The notes under the pieces were generated by a model. That model worked only from the letters and a program-made list of their open reading frames with translations. It had not been told where the DNA came from and searched no databases. Made by a program: the position numbers and the translations under genes. A stretch of 64,000 nucleotides of DNA from the human T2T-CHM13v2.0 reference genome, Homo sapiens, in the NCBI RefSeq assembly GCF_009914755.1, contig NC_060927.1. The stretch is one strand, 5' to 3'. This document shows, one piece after another, positions 1-19,689 of this stretch (position 1 is its first letter; each line of letters opens with the position of its first letter).

Positions 1-379
1 GGATAGGAAACCCTGGGGAGAGGGGCCCTCAGTGCTTCCCACACCGACGGGTTGTTGAGCTTACAAACCCTAGGGCCTAAGGGTGGTGAGAAGGGGTGGA
101 GCCCAGGGGTGACAAGGTGGGGAAGGCTCCATAGGGCAGAGGCCAAGTAAGTTACTTTGCTCTCCCCTGTTGTCCTTCGGCCTTGGGGCTGGCAGGCGTG
201 TGGTCCCTGTCCTAAGCCGGAGACCCCAGTAAGATGGGGAGGCCTGGGCCCAATCTGACCTGCACCTTGCCCTCCCTGCTTGCCTTCCACCTGCTGAGCT
301 GGTCCGTTCCTCAGGGCCTTTGGGCTGGCTCTCCCCCAGCTCTCTCCTGACACCTCCTCTGAGAAGCCTTCCCTTCTCA

Positions 380-1960
380 GCTGTCTCCAGCGCCCGAGCC
401 GCGTCTGGGTATTTACTACTCTCTATCCCGGGAGTGCTCAGGACTCGGTCCCCTAGAACAAGGCCTGGCACGACACGAGCCCTCAACAGGTTGTTATGAC
501 GGGAACAACTGAATCTCCAGCACCGCCAAGCCCCGCTGGGGACTGGACGACCCTGCGGCCCCTCCTCACTGCAGAGAAGAGGGCAAAGCCAGCCCCCACC
601 TGCATTCCCCGAGTCCAGAGGGAGCGGAGGCTTCGACATGGCCCCCTCACGGGGCAGCAAAGCCCCGAACCGGCGGCAGGCTTGGCTCAGGAGCACCTCG
701 GCCGCTGCGGGCAGCCACCGTGGGGCTGGAGCCCGTGCCGCCACCCCGCGCCGGACCGGGTCGCCGAGGTCCGGATCTCCACCCGCACTGCCTCCAGCCG
801 GGGCCGAGCCCGACGCCGCTACGTGCGGCTCCCTCCCGGGCCTCGCGTGCCCCCGCGCCCCGAGCGACTCCCGACTGCCCGGCACCCCTCCCGTGGGTTC
901 CCACATCCAGGGCCTTCCCTCCCAAACGCCGCCTTGGCCGTCCGAGCTGCGCCCGAGCGGAAATGGGCCGCTCGCGGAGCAAGGAGGGGAACGGCGGCTG
1001 GGCTTCCCGCCGGGGCGAGGGACGGGGCTCCCCCTCTAGCTGCGGCAGGAGACGGGGAGAAGGCCCCTCCTTACCTGACAGCCCGGGCCGCGCTCAGGAC
1101 CGGCCGCCCCGGCCGCCCCGGCCGCCCATCCGCCGCCACTGGGTGTGCGCGGATCCAGCACAGGCCGCGGGACTCCGGCCTCCAGCGCCAGACCAGGCGG
1201 CCTGGGCCGGGAAGCGTCGCGCAAGGACCGGGCGCGACCGGCTCCGTGGAATGAGGGCTAGGCAGGAAAGGCGAGGCGGGGTCAGCTCGCCGGGCCGCGG
1301 GTCTCGCGGACACCCTGCAGCCCTTCCCGACAGCGGCGACCGGGAAAGCAAGACCGTCTTTTTCGTCCAGCCCAAATTGCGAAAACGGCCACAGTCCCAC
1401 AAGTCCCAGAGTCCCAGAGTCCCTGTTATCACTCAGGCCCGCCCTCTAACCTCCAGCAGCCTGTAGGAATAAGTCATCACTGGGGGAAAAAAAAAAAAAA
1501 GTGGGAGAGACCAATCAAATTCCCAAGAGGCGGAGCAGCCCGCTGACCTCTTAAAGAGACAGCACAGAGGAGGTGCAGAGACAAGACGCTGCTTCACGGA
1601 AGAGAGAGGCCTGCGTTTCTCACTCGGAAAGCGGGCGGAATCGAAGACTGGAAAGCTGAGGACGCGCCACCTCTCGCCCTACGCGCCTTCCAGCTGGCAG
1701 CAGTTGTCAGTGGACCAGCTGGCGGCAGCCGCGCTCCACCTCCCGGCCTGGGCCGCGGCCGGACCGTCGGGGCGGAGCCTCCGGGGACCGCCCCCTCGCG
1801 TGCGGGCGCTTCGGGCGCCCTGCAGGGGTGACCTGGGGTCAGCTTGGGGGAAGGCGTGTCGGGGACCCTCCCCGGCGCCACGCGCTCCAGCCGCGCCACG
1901 CCGCAGGGCCGCCGCCTCCCAGCGCCCTGCTCCACGCGGCGCCGCCATGCCTCGGGCACT
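380..1960. promoter_or_regulatory. CpG island / promoter (TPRA1 5' end)
   Basis: Very GC- and CpG-rich stretch; CCAAT at ~1511 and GC boxes; spurious long ORFs in all frames. Confidence 0.85.
1075..1400 (-). other. TPRA1: Probable non-coding first exon of TPRA1 (5' end approximate)
   Basis: Consensus donor CAG|GTAAGG on the - strand (plus strand CCTTACCTG, 1069-1077) inside the CpG island. The gene name is inferred from known synteny (TPRA1 divergent from MCM2); no coding sequence is in the window. Confidence 0.6.
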
Positions 1961-2956
1961 CCTCTTAGCAACCCTGCTAGGCAGTCATTATAGTCACCTT
2001 TTACAGGGCCACCTGAGGCTTGGAGAGGTCAAATAACTTGACCAAAGCCGCGCAATGAGGAAGCGACACAGCCAGGACGCCTCTCCCCAACTCTAACTTC
2101 CACAGTTCTTCACGCCTGTTCCTCTGGAAAGCCCTCCCTGATTGCGCCTGTCTTATCCCCTGGCATCGATGCTGCATTCACCATACTCAAGCCATGCGGG
2201 TCTCTGTTTCTGTCCCTCGGCTGTTCCAAGCTTGTTCCTGCTCCTGGCTCTACACCTGTTCCCCCGCAGAGCTGGCTCCTTGCCACATCATGTCCTCTAG
2301 AGGGTTTTGTGGACACCCTCGCTGGAGCGGCTGTCCAGTCTCATTTCCTTCCGAGCATCTTAATTCTCACCTGATTGTTTTCATTTACCTGCCTCCCCGT
2401 CCAGTCTCCCCACCCTATTATAGAATTCCAGCGTCATGAGGATGGAGCCAAGAGAGCCAAGCTGCAGGATGTCCCCTGCAGCATCCTGAGGCTGACTCAG
2501 AGCCTCGTGCAGATTGTAGGCACTCAGTTATTACAGGCACCCCAAGACTCACACCTTGCGACAGCACCGCTGGGCTGGAATGAGATTGGGTCCCATTCTT
2601 CTCCTTGCTCCTGTCCTAAAAACACAGGGAGATTGGGGAAGAAACCACCTTGTGATCCTCTGGGACTTTCCCAGCCTGGACCACACCCAAATGTGCATAC
2701 CTAAGTTTAGGCTTCTATATTCGCCAGAGAGGCTGGGCAATGCCGGCCTGCGTAATCACGAATGACCACAGCCACAATGAGCCGTGGGGAATCCAGTGGC
2801 TCCTCAAGTTCCTCCCAGAAAGTTATACACATCACTCTCACGCACATTCAATTGGCCACCGCTTCTAGCCTCCAGAGGGCAGGAAACTGCCACCCTACCA
2901 TGTGCCAGGAAGTAGAAGTCATGGGACATGTGTGACCAGGCCTAATAACTACCCTC

Positions 2957-3676
<720 letters not shown>

Positions 3677-3849
3677 CCCTCTATTTTTATTTTTCTGCCT
3701 TTTGAGACTTGGAGAATTCTGCATTTTCTTCTCTTGAGTTTTGAACCCCATATCTAAGTTTCTGTGGGATTTTGTTGTATTTGTGAAATAACCAAAGGTA
3801 TCTGCCTTTGAGAGCTGAGGCAGTGGCTAATTCACTGCAGTATCCACTA

Positions 3850-5600
3850 CACACAGGACAGAGCGTGGCATCTGCAACATTAAATGAATAGTAGCTTAAT
3901 AAACAGATCTGACTCTCAGGTTCTTCATCACCCTACAGCAGGCTCAGGGGTGGCCACGGCTGACAGTAGGAGATGCTGCTACAGAACTGGGCTCCCTGAT
4001 AGCCATGGGGATGACAGCAATCCCCAGATAACAGACGCCAGATGGTAGTGCTTAGGCGTGAGAAGCAAAGTGGGTGCAACTGTCATAGGACCATCAAGAT
4101 CAAGCTCAATATATCACTGGGATAGACATCCTGTGTAGTAAACAAAATGCCTGCACTGGTTCCTTGGTCTATGGGGTGAGAGTGATGGTAGTAAAAGTCA
4201 AGTGAAAGCCTCTGAGACCCCACTATCACCACCACCCACCCCGGCCAAGAGAGCAAGCACATAAACAACATCACACACCAGAGAAAATGGCGGAGACTGG
4301 TGCCACCCTTGAAGACCAAAGACGTGTGGAGGGTATCCCCCACCATGTACCTATTTAATTCATCAGTCTGACCTTATAAAAATAAACAGAGTGGCAATGG
4401 ACTATTGCAGATTCAGCCAAGTGGTAGCCCTGACCACAGGTGCTGTGCAGGTGCATTGCTAGCACAGACAGATCAGCACGGCCCCCGCTTCTCAGGGGCC
4501 ATCTGATCACCACACTTTTTCATCCCTATCAGGGACCATTTGCACTCATAGGAACGGCCAACAATACACACATATGGTCTTGCCCCAGGCCAATGATACC
4601 TTTCCCATCCTTTGTCATCACAGTCTGAAGGAGACTGGGCCATCTGAACGTCTTGCAGAACACTGCACTGGTTCATGGTGTCAATGACAATGTGCTAATC
4701 AGGATGGATGAGCAGGAGGTGACAAGTACATGGAAAACTTGATGAGACATATGTGCTCCAGCGGGCAGAAGATTAAACCCTATGAAGAATTAGGGGCTTG
4801 CCACATCAGTGAGGTTTGTAGGGGTCTGGTGGTGTGGGGCACACCAGAACATCCCCCTGCACACTCCATCACAGAAGAGCAAGCACAATGCTTAGAGGCC
4901 TCTTTGGGTTCTGGAGGTAGCAGATTCCACACCTGGGAGTGCTGCTCTGACCCACATATCTCTGGGTCACATGACATCAAAGGCTGTCCCTCAGGCTATG
5001 GGACCCACAGACCCCATGATACTAGAGGCATACATGGTGGGAAGATATGCTGTGTGAAGCTTACAGCAAGCTCTGGTGGGAAAAACCACAAAGTAGACCC
5101 CCTAGGGTTCTGGAGCAAGACCAGGTCATCTATAGTAGAGAACTAGACACCATTCACAAAGCAGCTCTGCCAGGCTACTGGACCCTGGTAGAGATGACTA
5201 GGGGACATCAAGTGACCATGAGGCCAGAGCTGCCCCTCATGAACTGGGTTCTGTCAGGCCCTCTAATATGTAAATTCAGGTGGGTGGGCCTAGCAGCAAT
5301 CCACTGAGACTGTAAGCAATCCGTTGTACATCCACATCACCTACCACTGCCACAGCAGCTCCTCTGCCTCAGTTCACAACTACGCCAATGGGCAGTTCTT
5401 ACGGAGGAAAAAGGCTGCGCTTGATCACAGCTGAGCTGGCTCAATACATGGGTCAGATGTAGTACCTGGATGTGCAGCGGTCGCATGGAGCCCTTGAGGA
5501 TGAAAGCCACAGGCTACAGATGGTGGAACCAGAATGGGGAGGAGACTTGTCCTCGGCGATGTCCTGAAGCAGCTGCCCCAGCGCTGGATGCCTACTGACC
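3850..5600 (+). mobile_element. Decayed ERVL-class internal (pol: RT / RNase H region) relic
   Basis: Translated fragments LVHGVNDNVLI (4668-4700, aligns to ERVL LVHYIDDIML), PLGFWSK and YWTLVEMTRGHQVTMRPELPLMNWVLS; many stops and frameshifts. Confidence 0.8.
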
Positions 5601-5699
5601 TGGGAAGAGCAAACCCCAAGGTGATGTGTCCTGGAGCAAGTCCAGCATGACTGTTGGCTGGGGTCCCAGCTCCTCACTCCCCAAGCCTGTCCCAGGCTG

Positions 5700-5885
5700 C
5701 CTGAGTGTCCTCAAGACATGGATGCTGCCTTCTCTCAGAGTGAGCAAAGCTGCAGTCTTTTTGTAACTGAATCTCCAAAGTAACATCCAACCACATCTGT
5801 CCTATGCTGTTGGGAGGAGATCACACAAGGGTGTGAATACCAGAAGGCAAGGGCCATCAGGGCCATAATAGAGGCTGCCTACTCA
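5700..5885 (-). mobile_element. MLT1 (MaLR) LTR fragment
   Basis: CACACAAGGGTGTGAATACCAGAAGGC...AGAGGCTGCCTAC resembles the reverse complement of an MLT1 5' end. Confidence 0.5.
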
Positions 5886-6274
5886 CCCCACCCACCTTTC
5901 TGTCTCTCCTACCCTGCCCCCAACCAGTGTTTAAACATGTCCAAGAACCTCTCATCTGAGAAAAAGCCATATCCCACTCCAGTGCCTGTCCCAGCTCTCA
6001 CAGTCCATTCCACACCTGGGAATGCCTCTCTGACCCATACATCTTTGGGTGACATAAAAGCACTCCAGCCTCCAACTAGTAACTCACATTCACCCTTCTC
6101 ACTTCCCTGCATCCTACCTGTCAACACACTTCAATGTAGTGTCTGACTCCAGACACACCGGCCAGCCCAGATCTGCTATCGCCAGGGCCACTAACAGCTC
6201 CTAGTCCTTATCAGATGACCTCTGGGCAGCCAGCTGACCCCATCCACCATCTTGACTGCTCTCTTCAGTGGCCT

Positions 6275-7082
<808 letters not shown>

Positions 7083-7500
7083 AGCCCATGCAGAGTCTCT
7101 TCAGCTTTCCTGTCAGCAGCTCCTAGCATCCGAGGTGCATCCTTCACATCCTTTGTTGGTGTCTCTTAACTGTTGGGGTTTCCCAGGTCCCAGGCTTAGA
7201 CCTTCTCATCTCCCTGCACTCACTCTGGATTATACAACCACTCCCAAGGCAATCTACAGCTTCAGTCCAAACACGCCCTTGAGTCCCATACATGGATATC
7301 CAACAGCTTCCTGGATATGTCCCCTCGGCCCAAATTCAGCACAGCCAGAAACAAACTCATCTTCTTCCCCCTTAAATTGCTGGTCTTCCTGTGCGCTCCT
7401 ATCTCAGCTATCATCCACCTAGCTAAGCCAGGATCCTGGTGTCATCCTGCATGCCTCTTTTGCTGTCCTCAATCACCAACACCTATAGACCCCACTTCCT

Positions 7501-7898
<398 letters not shown>

Positions 7899-8392
7899 CT
7901 AAGAGGGTTGCGATTCAGCCCTGCCTCTGCTCACTAAGGCTGCCTGGAACTAGACAAGAACCACAGCAACCTCCTCGTTTGCTGCCTTCAACCTCGTTCA
8001 ATCCACTTCCACCTGGTAGCAGCCAGAGGGATTCTAAAACCCACACTAGTTCACGTCTCACCCTGCTCAAAATGCTTCCATGGCCTTCCATTGCTTTCAG
8101 AATACAGAATAGTCAAACTCTCTAGAAAAACATCTAGCTCTTTTTTGATCCGGATTTTCTCTCCCTCAAGTCTTGTCTGTTGCCCGGCATCATAAGCTCC
8201 TAGGGTTAGTTCTTAGGGAGGGGCTTGCACATCCGGGCCCTGCCATGACCTCTGCAGCTTTGCACATGGCATCCTTCTATCTGTAACATCCTCCCTGCGT
8301 CTTCGCTCCCCTGGGCAAAGATAACTCCTACTAAAGCCTCAGATGTGACCTCCTACAAAATCCCAGAGTTGTCCAGCTGCTTGAAGTATTGA

Positions 8393-8771
<379 letters not shown>

Positions 8772-8809
8772 TCTGTTGTCTTGTCAGCAAAATGGCCCTG
8801 GTGTGACCG

Positions 8810-9420
8810 AGGTCACGCAGCCAGCAAGTGTCGTCGGGTCCCCTGGAGCCTCAGCTTCTACCTCCGCTCCAGCTCCCACCACAGCGCAGGCGAGCGCACG
8901 CGCACAGCGCCGGGCCGCACACCTCCGGGCTCTGGGCGGAGCGCCTCGGGCGTTGTAGGCGGGACCGGACCCTCTGGCCCGCCCCTCCGTGTCCCTTCTG
9001 GTCGCCAGTGGACGCCGACGTCATGACGTCGCGTTCCGTAGGGCTCTTCCCGGGCTTTGGTGGGTCACGTGAACCACTTTTCGCGCGAAACCTGGTTGTT
9101 GCTGTAGTGGCGGAGAGGATCGTGGTACTGCTATGGCGGTGAGCGCGCTGGCGCGTGGCGGGCGGGCGCCGGGGACATGGGTGCGGAGGCTGCGCGCTTC
9201 CCGTACTCTGGCCCCGGCCCAGGGCGGCGCTCTGGGTGAGGCTGGGCCCCAGGCTCTGGGGCGCAGCTACTTTCTCGCCTGCACCCTGCGTGAGGCGACT
9301 CGCCTACCTACCACTGACCTGGGGCCCTGGGCTCCCTAAGGCGAGCTCGGCCCGTTCAGCCTCTGTCCTTTATTCACCCCACACATACTTATTGGGCGCC
9401 ATCTGTGTGGCGCTGAGCGT
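8810..9420 (+). promoter_or_regulatory. MCM2: MCM2 CpG-island promoter (TATA-less)
   Basis: NRF1-like GCGCACGCGCA 8894-8904; GC box 8976-8985; CRE-like palindrome 9016-9031; E-box CACGTG 9066-9071; E2F palindrome TTTCGCGCGAAA 9079-9090. Confidence 0.9.
9133..9138 (+). CDS. MCM2: MCM2 exon 1 coding part (Met-Ala)
   Basis: ATGGCG|GTGAGC donor; joins exon 2 in frame to give [10 protein letters not shown]. Confidence 0.93.
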
Positions 9421-9962
9421 ACAAAAGACAGGCCCCCATTTCACTACACTCCTTTAAACTTTTTTTTTTTTTAATTTCCCAATGATCCTTGTTCCAAACA
9501 CTACACTTACTTTTGTATTACCTTCTTGTCCCTTTGTCTTGTATACTGTCTGTTCCACATCTGAGTTCCAGACCTCTTGTTTTGGTGGCTCTTCTATGCC
9601 ATCTCTATCACAATACCTTGCGCACTGTGTGTGCTGAAATAGGTCTAATGCTTAAGGGGAGATAATAGACAGTAAACAGGTAAATAGGCAAATGACATAA
9701 CCTCAGTGGTTTTTCATGGAGAAAGCACGGTGATGTGGGTGACCCCGATATTTGAGCTGGCTTCTATTTGTTTGGAAGCCACTGACTCAGATTGCTCAGC
9801 TGAGAGCATTCCAGGTGAGAGAACAGCAAGGGCAAAGATCTGGAGGCTGGAAGGGGTTTGGTGTGTTGGAGGACAAGAGTCACAGGTGGAGAGAAAGAAG
9901 GGAAGGCCCCTGATGGTAAAAAGGAAGCTGTATCATGCCTCACCAGCTTCCTAGGTTTCTGA

Positions 9963-10214
<252 letters not shown>

Positions 10215-10644
10215 TAATTTCATTCAAGGCCCTGGACTCAGCAGATAGTTTTGCAGAGAGCCCATTGTGTGCCTGGTGGCCTGGCTTTGGGAGCTGGGAG
10301 CAGATGAATCGATGGCATTCTTGCCTTTGAGCACAGCTTGATCCAGGGTTCTGAGGAGACAGGTTTACAGAGCCATGACACAGGTCTCTTTAACTTACTG
10401 CATGTAACTTGGAAAGACTAGACCCTAAGCTGAGGATAAGCCCCGACTCCATAAGCACCCCAGAGAATGTAGGGGTCTCTAATCTGGAATACTCCAACTC
10501 AAAAAGACAGGAAGCAGGAAGCCCAGTGTTTCCCAGTAACTTTTCAAAGGAAAGGTGCATGGGGGAGGAGGGATCTGATAAATAAAGTTTTAGAGTCAAT
10601 CAGCAAACATTTATTGTACCTAATGTGCACCATGCCCTTTGTTA

Positions 10645-10967
<323 letters not shown>

Positions 10968-11569
10968 GTTAGCAAGACTTAATGCTAGGAGAGTGGAGTA
11001 AGCTCTGCGCATAAGCAAGGCTAGATTTCTACCCCTGCCTTACTCTGCATTTCCAGCTGCGATCTGGTAGATAACGTCAGTAGCGGAATTGTGTGAATGC
11101 CCAGGAGCCTCGTGGAGATGCTCCTTTTGTGCCTTTTCAGCCTTAGCATGTGTGAGAGTACTGTGCAGGGCATCCTGCCGTCCCTAGGATGTCAGACAGT
11201 TGAGAGGCTTTCAAGGGCACTCCAGACTGGATGCATCTTTGCTATTATCAGTACCACCCCCAACGATGAGACTGCATGTGCTGTAGGCTGTAGAAGGAAT
11301 GAGGAGTCTGGATAAATCTGCCCTGGACTTGGGGTCAGGGCATGGGTCCTAGACGGCTTTCCTGTTCTGCCTGATGGAGTTGTTCAGGCCGGATGCCCCT
11401 CCTCTGCTGTTTCCCCTCCCTGTCTTGACCCTTTCTCTTTGCTTCTCTGAGAAGCAAAGAGAGAGGCCCTTGGCAGGGGGCTTCTGGGTAGAGGTATCTG
11501 AGGGATGGCTGAGCCCAATTACATTTGTTTTTGTGGTTTTTCAAAAAAAAAAAAAAAAACTTTATTGGG

Positions 11570-12830
<1,261 letters not shown>

Positions 12831-13644
12831 TTTTTTTTTTTTTTTTTTGTATGAACCAATTAGAAGTTTGCTGAGGGCATTTTGTGTGACTTGAGATCCA
12901 GGGAGAATGGGACCGATACCTTTTCCCCGAAAACATGGAAGAAATCAGACCTGGTCAACTCTGATATCTGCCTGGCTGGGTTCTGCTTGGGGCATCAACA
13001 GCATAAAAAGATTTGTTCTGACAGTAGTTTGACAATGTTTATTGCAGAAAAATAGTAGCAGTTTCTCTTGTCACCATTTAACCTGAAAAAAGGAGAATTC
13101 AAGGGGATTGTCTTGGGGAGGCAGTATGGCATGGGGGAAGGAGCTCTGGGCTTGGACTATATTTTGACACTCAGGTCTACAGAGCGACCATAGGCAAAAA
13201 TCACATTTTCCCCTCAACTACCCATTTCCTCATCTTTCAGATGGAATGACAGTGTCTCCTCCTCAGGGAAGAGAGCACTGCAGGGAAGAGAGCACAGTGC
13301 TTTGCACTCGCTGGGTGCCTTATTAAGGCATTACTTCTCTTCAGTATCTGAAGGAAGATAATGTGGAAAATGTGTGTCTGATGGTCTTAGAGTAGCTCAA
13401 AGGGTTGAGACAGTGGGTGGCCATTTCAGAGGGCTGGTTTGGCTGACTGTGCATGGAAGCCAGGACATCAGGTTGTTGAAGGCGGCATAGTCAGAGATGG
13501 GGAAAGTACAGGGAGAATTCCAGCCCTCACGGGGAGTTGGGTCAGCTCTCTGAAGCCTTTTGGTCTAATGTTTTGTGGTTCCTTGAATTATTTTTTCTTA
13601 TTGGGCGCATAGAAGCTGTCTGGAGATCTACCTCCCCTTTTGTA

Positions 13645-15120
<1,476 letters not shown>

Positions 15121-15247
15121 TTCTGAGCCTTCTGTGTTTCTGACCTGGAAGCGCTGAGCCTACCCACAATGGGGCTCCTGAACCTTAGGGAACAGGCCCA
15201 GTTCCTGGATGGGGTTTGGTGCTTAGGGTTTTCCTTTTTGGCAGTAA

Positions 15248-15511
<264 letters not shown>

Positions 15512-15539
15512 TAGAAGGTGCTGGGGATGACCGCAGTAG

Positions 15540-15890
<351 letters not shown>

Positions 15891-16090
15891 TGAGCCGAGT
15901 GAACACGTGAAGCACAGGGCATATGGCTGAGAGGTCTGTCAGAGAAACCAAAAGTTTTGAGTTTTGCATCAGGGCTCTCCTGCTGGCTATGCAGTGACCA
16001 CATCTGGGCCACCAAAGCGTTTTTTGACAAGCTTGAAAATGGACAGATTTTATATAAAAATCTGGATTACTACTTTGATCTTTGTAATAG

Positions 16091-16418
<328 letters not shown>

Positions 16419-16752
16419 TAAAAGGGACATGTAGATCTTGATTCCTGCAATTCCTTCCACTGCTTTTTGTCCTGTGTTTGTCAGTTTCTTCCTGGCTCTT
16501 GTAAGGCGTTTCATGTTTGTAGCTGTGTAGGCACTCTGCTCATATTTAATTTAACCCCCCAGCAACTTTGTACACTGTGTGACATGCCCATTTTACGGAG
16601 TAGGAAGTTGAAGCTCAGGCTATGTCACAGCTGAAGTGTGGTAGACCTAGAAGTGAAAGCTGGGCTTTCTAGGTCAAAATCAATGGTCGGGGTGGGTAGG
16701 CCTTGCTTCTCACACAGGCATTGTTGCAGCCCAGCCCAGGCCTCATGCTTAG

Positions 16753-17004
<252 letters not shown>

Positions 17005-17255
17005 TGAGCTGAGGGCAGGTGAGGATGGCAGGTCCGAGCTCAGTGCTGGGTGACTCGGTCGTGATTCCTGAAGAGCGATTGTGGTGTGGGCGGGGAGGGT
17101 GCAGCCAGCAGCATCCTCATCGCAGGTGAGTTGTGGTTGCACAGGAGTGTGATGGGAGGGATCTTCCCGGGCTGGGGGCTGGGCCCAATTTCCAGGACAG
17201 TGTGTTGGGACACTCTCGTCTGCAGCCTGGCCTCACCCTGGCTCACGGCTTCTGA

Positions 17256-17519
<264 letters not shown>

Positions 17520-19047
17520 TAGGGGTGCCCAGTATGCAGGACCTGACTGGCCTCTCAGGCTGTGGAAGACCAGTGTGGGCAGCCGCAAGAAGCAAGATAG
17601 AATTGTGTGTTGGCCACACCCTGGGGTGGACCCAGTCTGTCTGGCCAGTGGACTTAGCTTGGCCCACACGACGTTTTTAGGAATTCAAGTCAATATTTAA
17701 GTCAGGCGATTTGTTTAAACCATACAAGTTTATGGCTCCTCTTGAAACATGAGAAGATCTGGCAAACAGGGCCCACTTCTTGCCAGGTCACTCCTTCAGG
17801 ATGTGTGCTTACCAGTCTCCATGGTGCCATCACTCACGTGGGGTGGCTGCAGTCCCATCGGGACTTCCCCTCAGCTTGTTTCTGGGACCTGTCTGGCTCA
17901 CGTGGGGCCCCTGGACCATACCAACCTCCTGCACCATATTCAGGAGACGCTGCCAAAGCCTCTGATGTTAAGGTCTTAGGCACATGTAATGTGCCTTTGT
18001 ACTTGAGCGTCCCTGTAAATGGGCTCATCGCCATCGCTGTGGTGGCGCCCAGGCCCCTTGACTGCCTTGCTGCTGTGGCTGTTGGCTGTCCTCTTCTCAC
18101 CGCTCTGCAGTGCAGTTCTGCGAACTGTCCCAGCTGGAGCCACCTTGCCAGAAAATGCCTCAGAGGTTCCACCTGTGGCCACCTACAGCCAAAAGCTGAC
18201 CCGTCTCGTCTCGGGTGGGGCAGCTGCAGGCCAGATGCCAGCTGAGCCACGTCTTTGCTCACTCTTCCCATGCCCTGTCTGTCTCCCTCAGGCCTTGCTT
18301 CTAGGGACCTGAGATAGTACCTGGTAGAGGGTTAACAGTTACAGCTATCATTCATGGAGTAACTTACCAGTGCCAGGTGGTGGGTGGTTTATTACCTGGT
18401 CCTTTTTCACAGCTCATGAGGCAGGAACTGTTACTGGCCCCACTTTGCCGAGTGTTTAGAGAACTGGCTGAGGTCACCCAACCAGAATGTGTGTTAGAGG
18501 TCCACAGCTCAGGCATCTTGATCTAGAGCATGTGCTTTTAACTGCAGTGCCATGTTGTGAGATAATGGGTACGAAATGACATGGCACAGTGCTGGCCTGT
18601 GATACTTGACAGTGACAGCCAAAACTTCCTGTAACTTAACATTTATCAGATGCTGGATTAGGTTGATGTATGTATGACTTGCTTTAATTCTTATTGTGAG
18701 GTTGCAGAGAAGGCACAGAGAGAGGAAGTCACTTGCCCAAGATCACACAGCTTAGACACAGAACCCAGGCAGCCTGGTTCCAGCATCGGTACTCAAGACA
18801 GCTTAGCTGTAAAGCATAGAGCAGGTGCTGAGTCTGGCCGTCAGAAGGCATCCCAGAGGGATGGTGTGGCAGGAGTGGGGACTGTCAACTGATGTGCTGA
18901 GTCGCCATGAACTCATTCCTTGCTGTCTTTGGCTCTCCATTTGCCACTCAGGAGTCGGAATCCTGCCTGTTCTCCCTCCTGTTCGGGGGTCAAGGTTAGG
19001 TGACATAGTAAGTCAGTGATTTGAGGCCTTCTGTGTGTCCCTCGCAG

Positions 19048-19182
19048 ACCATCTATCAGAACTACCAGCGTATCCGAATCCAGGAGAGTCCAGGCAAAGT
19101 GGCGGCTGGCCGGCTGCCCCGCTCCAAGGACGCCATTCTCCTCGCAGATCTGGTGGACAGCTGCAAGCCAGGAGACGAGATA
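19048..19182 (+). CDS. MCM2: MCM2 exon 7 (OB fold)
   Basis: cag|ACCATC...ATA|gtaagt; [26 protein letters not shown]. Confidence 0.97.
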
Positions 19183-19497
19183 GTAAGTGGCCGGGGCAGG
19201 CTGGGAGGGAGCCAAGTTGCAGAGGGAACTGGCAGAAGCAGTTGTGGCTGGGCCGGTGGCGGTGTCTATGGTCGCAGGGGCACTCGGGCTAGGATCTGTT
19301 TTTGCATGGCTGAGGCAAAGAACTTTCTTCTGGTGGATGGGTTGTTGGAATGGTGGGTTTAGGAGGGGTTTTACTGAGTTACTTATCTTGGTGTCTGTAG
19401 TGTGGAGCACTTGCAATAGGAGAAACTGGAGGAAGGCAGCACGGAGGTGGGCACCCCTGGGTTAGGCTCTGACTTCTTGGCCCCTCCCTTTCCCCAG

Positions 19498-19689
19498 GAG
19501 CTGACTGGCATCTATCACAACAACTATGATGGCTCCCTCAACACTGCCAATGGCTTCCCTGTCTTTGCCACTGTCATCCTAGCCAACCACGTGGCCAAGA
19601 AGGACAACAAGGTTGCTGTAGGGGAACTGACCGATGAAGATGTGAAGATGATCACTAGCCTCTCCAAGGATCAGCAGATCGGAGAGAAG
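19498..19689 (+). CDS. MCM2: MCM2 exon 8
   Basis: cag|GAGCTG...AAG|gtaggt; [23 protein letters not shown]. Confidence 0.97.

Noticed and set aside
70-2036. Long overlapping ORFs (up to 278 aa) on both strands
   Set aside because: Low-complexity Pro/Arg/Gly/Ala translations expected from a stop-poor CpG island; no recognisable domain
19495-19500. NAGNAG (CAGGAG) acceptors at MCM2 exons 8 and 12 and PODXL2 exon 2
   Set aside because: Distal GAG acceptors are rarely used; no evidence available from sequence alone
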